From: Malacoraja senta
Lineage: Eukaryota
DNA: 64,000 nt
Direction of reading: 5' to 3'
Assembly: GCA_038087875.1 (NCBI GenBank)
Contig: CM075994.1
Span: forward strand, 6,140,001-6,204,000
Below the pieces are notes generated by a model. The model was not told where the DNA came from, did no database searches, and worked only from the letters and a program-made list of their open reading frames with translations. Positions 63,765-64,000 of the stretch are shown here, in pieces. Every line of letters starts with the position of its first letter. Positions within the stretch are counted from its first letter, which is position 1. Both the position numbers and the translations under genes were made by a program.

Positions 63765-64000
63765 AAAAGGCATAGAGTGGATGCAGAAAGGATGTTTCCA
63801 CTGGTGGGAAAGTCTTGGACCTGAGGTCATATCCTCAGAATTAAAGGAGGTGAGGAGGAACTTCTGTAGTCAAAGGGTGGTTAATCTGTGGAAGTCATTG
63901 CCACAGAGAGCTGTGGAGGCCAAGTCAGTGGATATTTTTAAGGCAGAGATAGATAATCTTTTGATTAGAATGGGTTTCAAGGGTTATGGTGAGAAGGTAG
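63765..64000 (+). mobile_element. CR1 3' fragment running off the window
   Basis: agagtggatgcagaaaggatgtttcc..gtggttaatctgtggaa similar to other CR1 ends. Confidence 0.8.

Overview
This is eukaryotic, repeat-dense vertebrate DNA, most likely from a cartilaginous fish (skate/ray). That is inferred from HER1-like CR1 LINEs, HE1-like tRNA-derived SINEs, and Penelope-like, Rex1/Babar and L1 elements. It has one 200-N assembly gap (9373-9572). The only intact host gene recognised is the 3' part of an RBM4-like gene: last coding exon 112-860 with a CCHC zinc knuckle and a (YSAAQ)n tail, and a probable 3'UTR exon at 4728-~5040. The rest is intron/intergenic sequence filled with decayed transposable elements. 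The most notable signal is a set of non-autonomous, inverted-repeat-bounded DNA transposons carrying GC-rich cargo. The cargo includes TDP2 exon 1 (two complementary dead copies, 7-bp TSD), ALG13 exon 1 (splice donor mutated), a ZNF143/NRF1/YY1-type promoter fragment (5-bp TSD), and two same-family hAT shells with unrelated ~70-bp-arm palindromes. This resembles Pack-MULE/Pack-TIR capture of first exons and promoters. Many Penelope-derived short elements also carry a minimal hammerhead-ribozyme-like motif, some as fold-back units with their own TSDs. No prokaryotic-type system (CRISPR, operon) is present. Gene and family assignments come from remembered motifs, not database searches.
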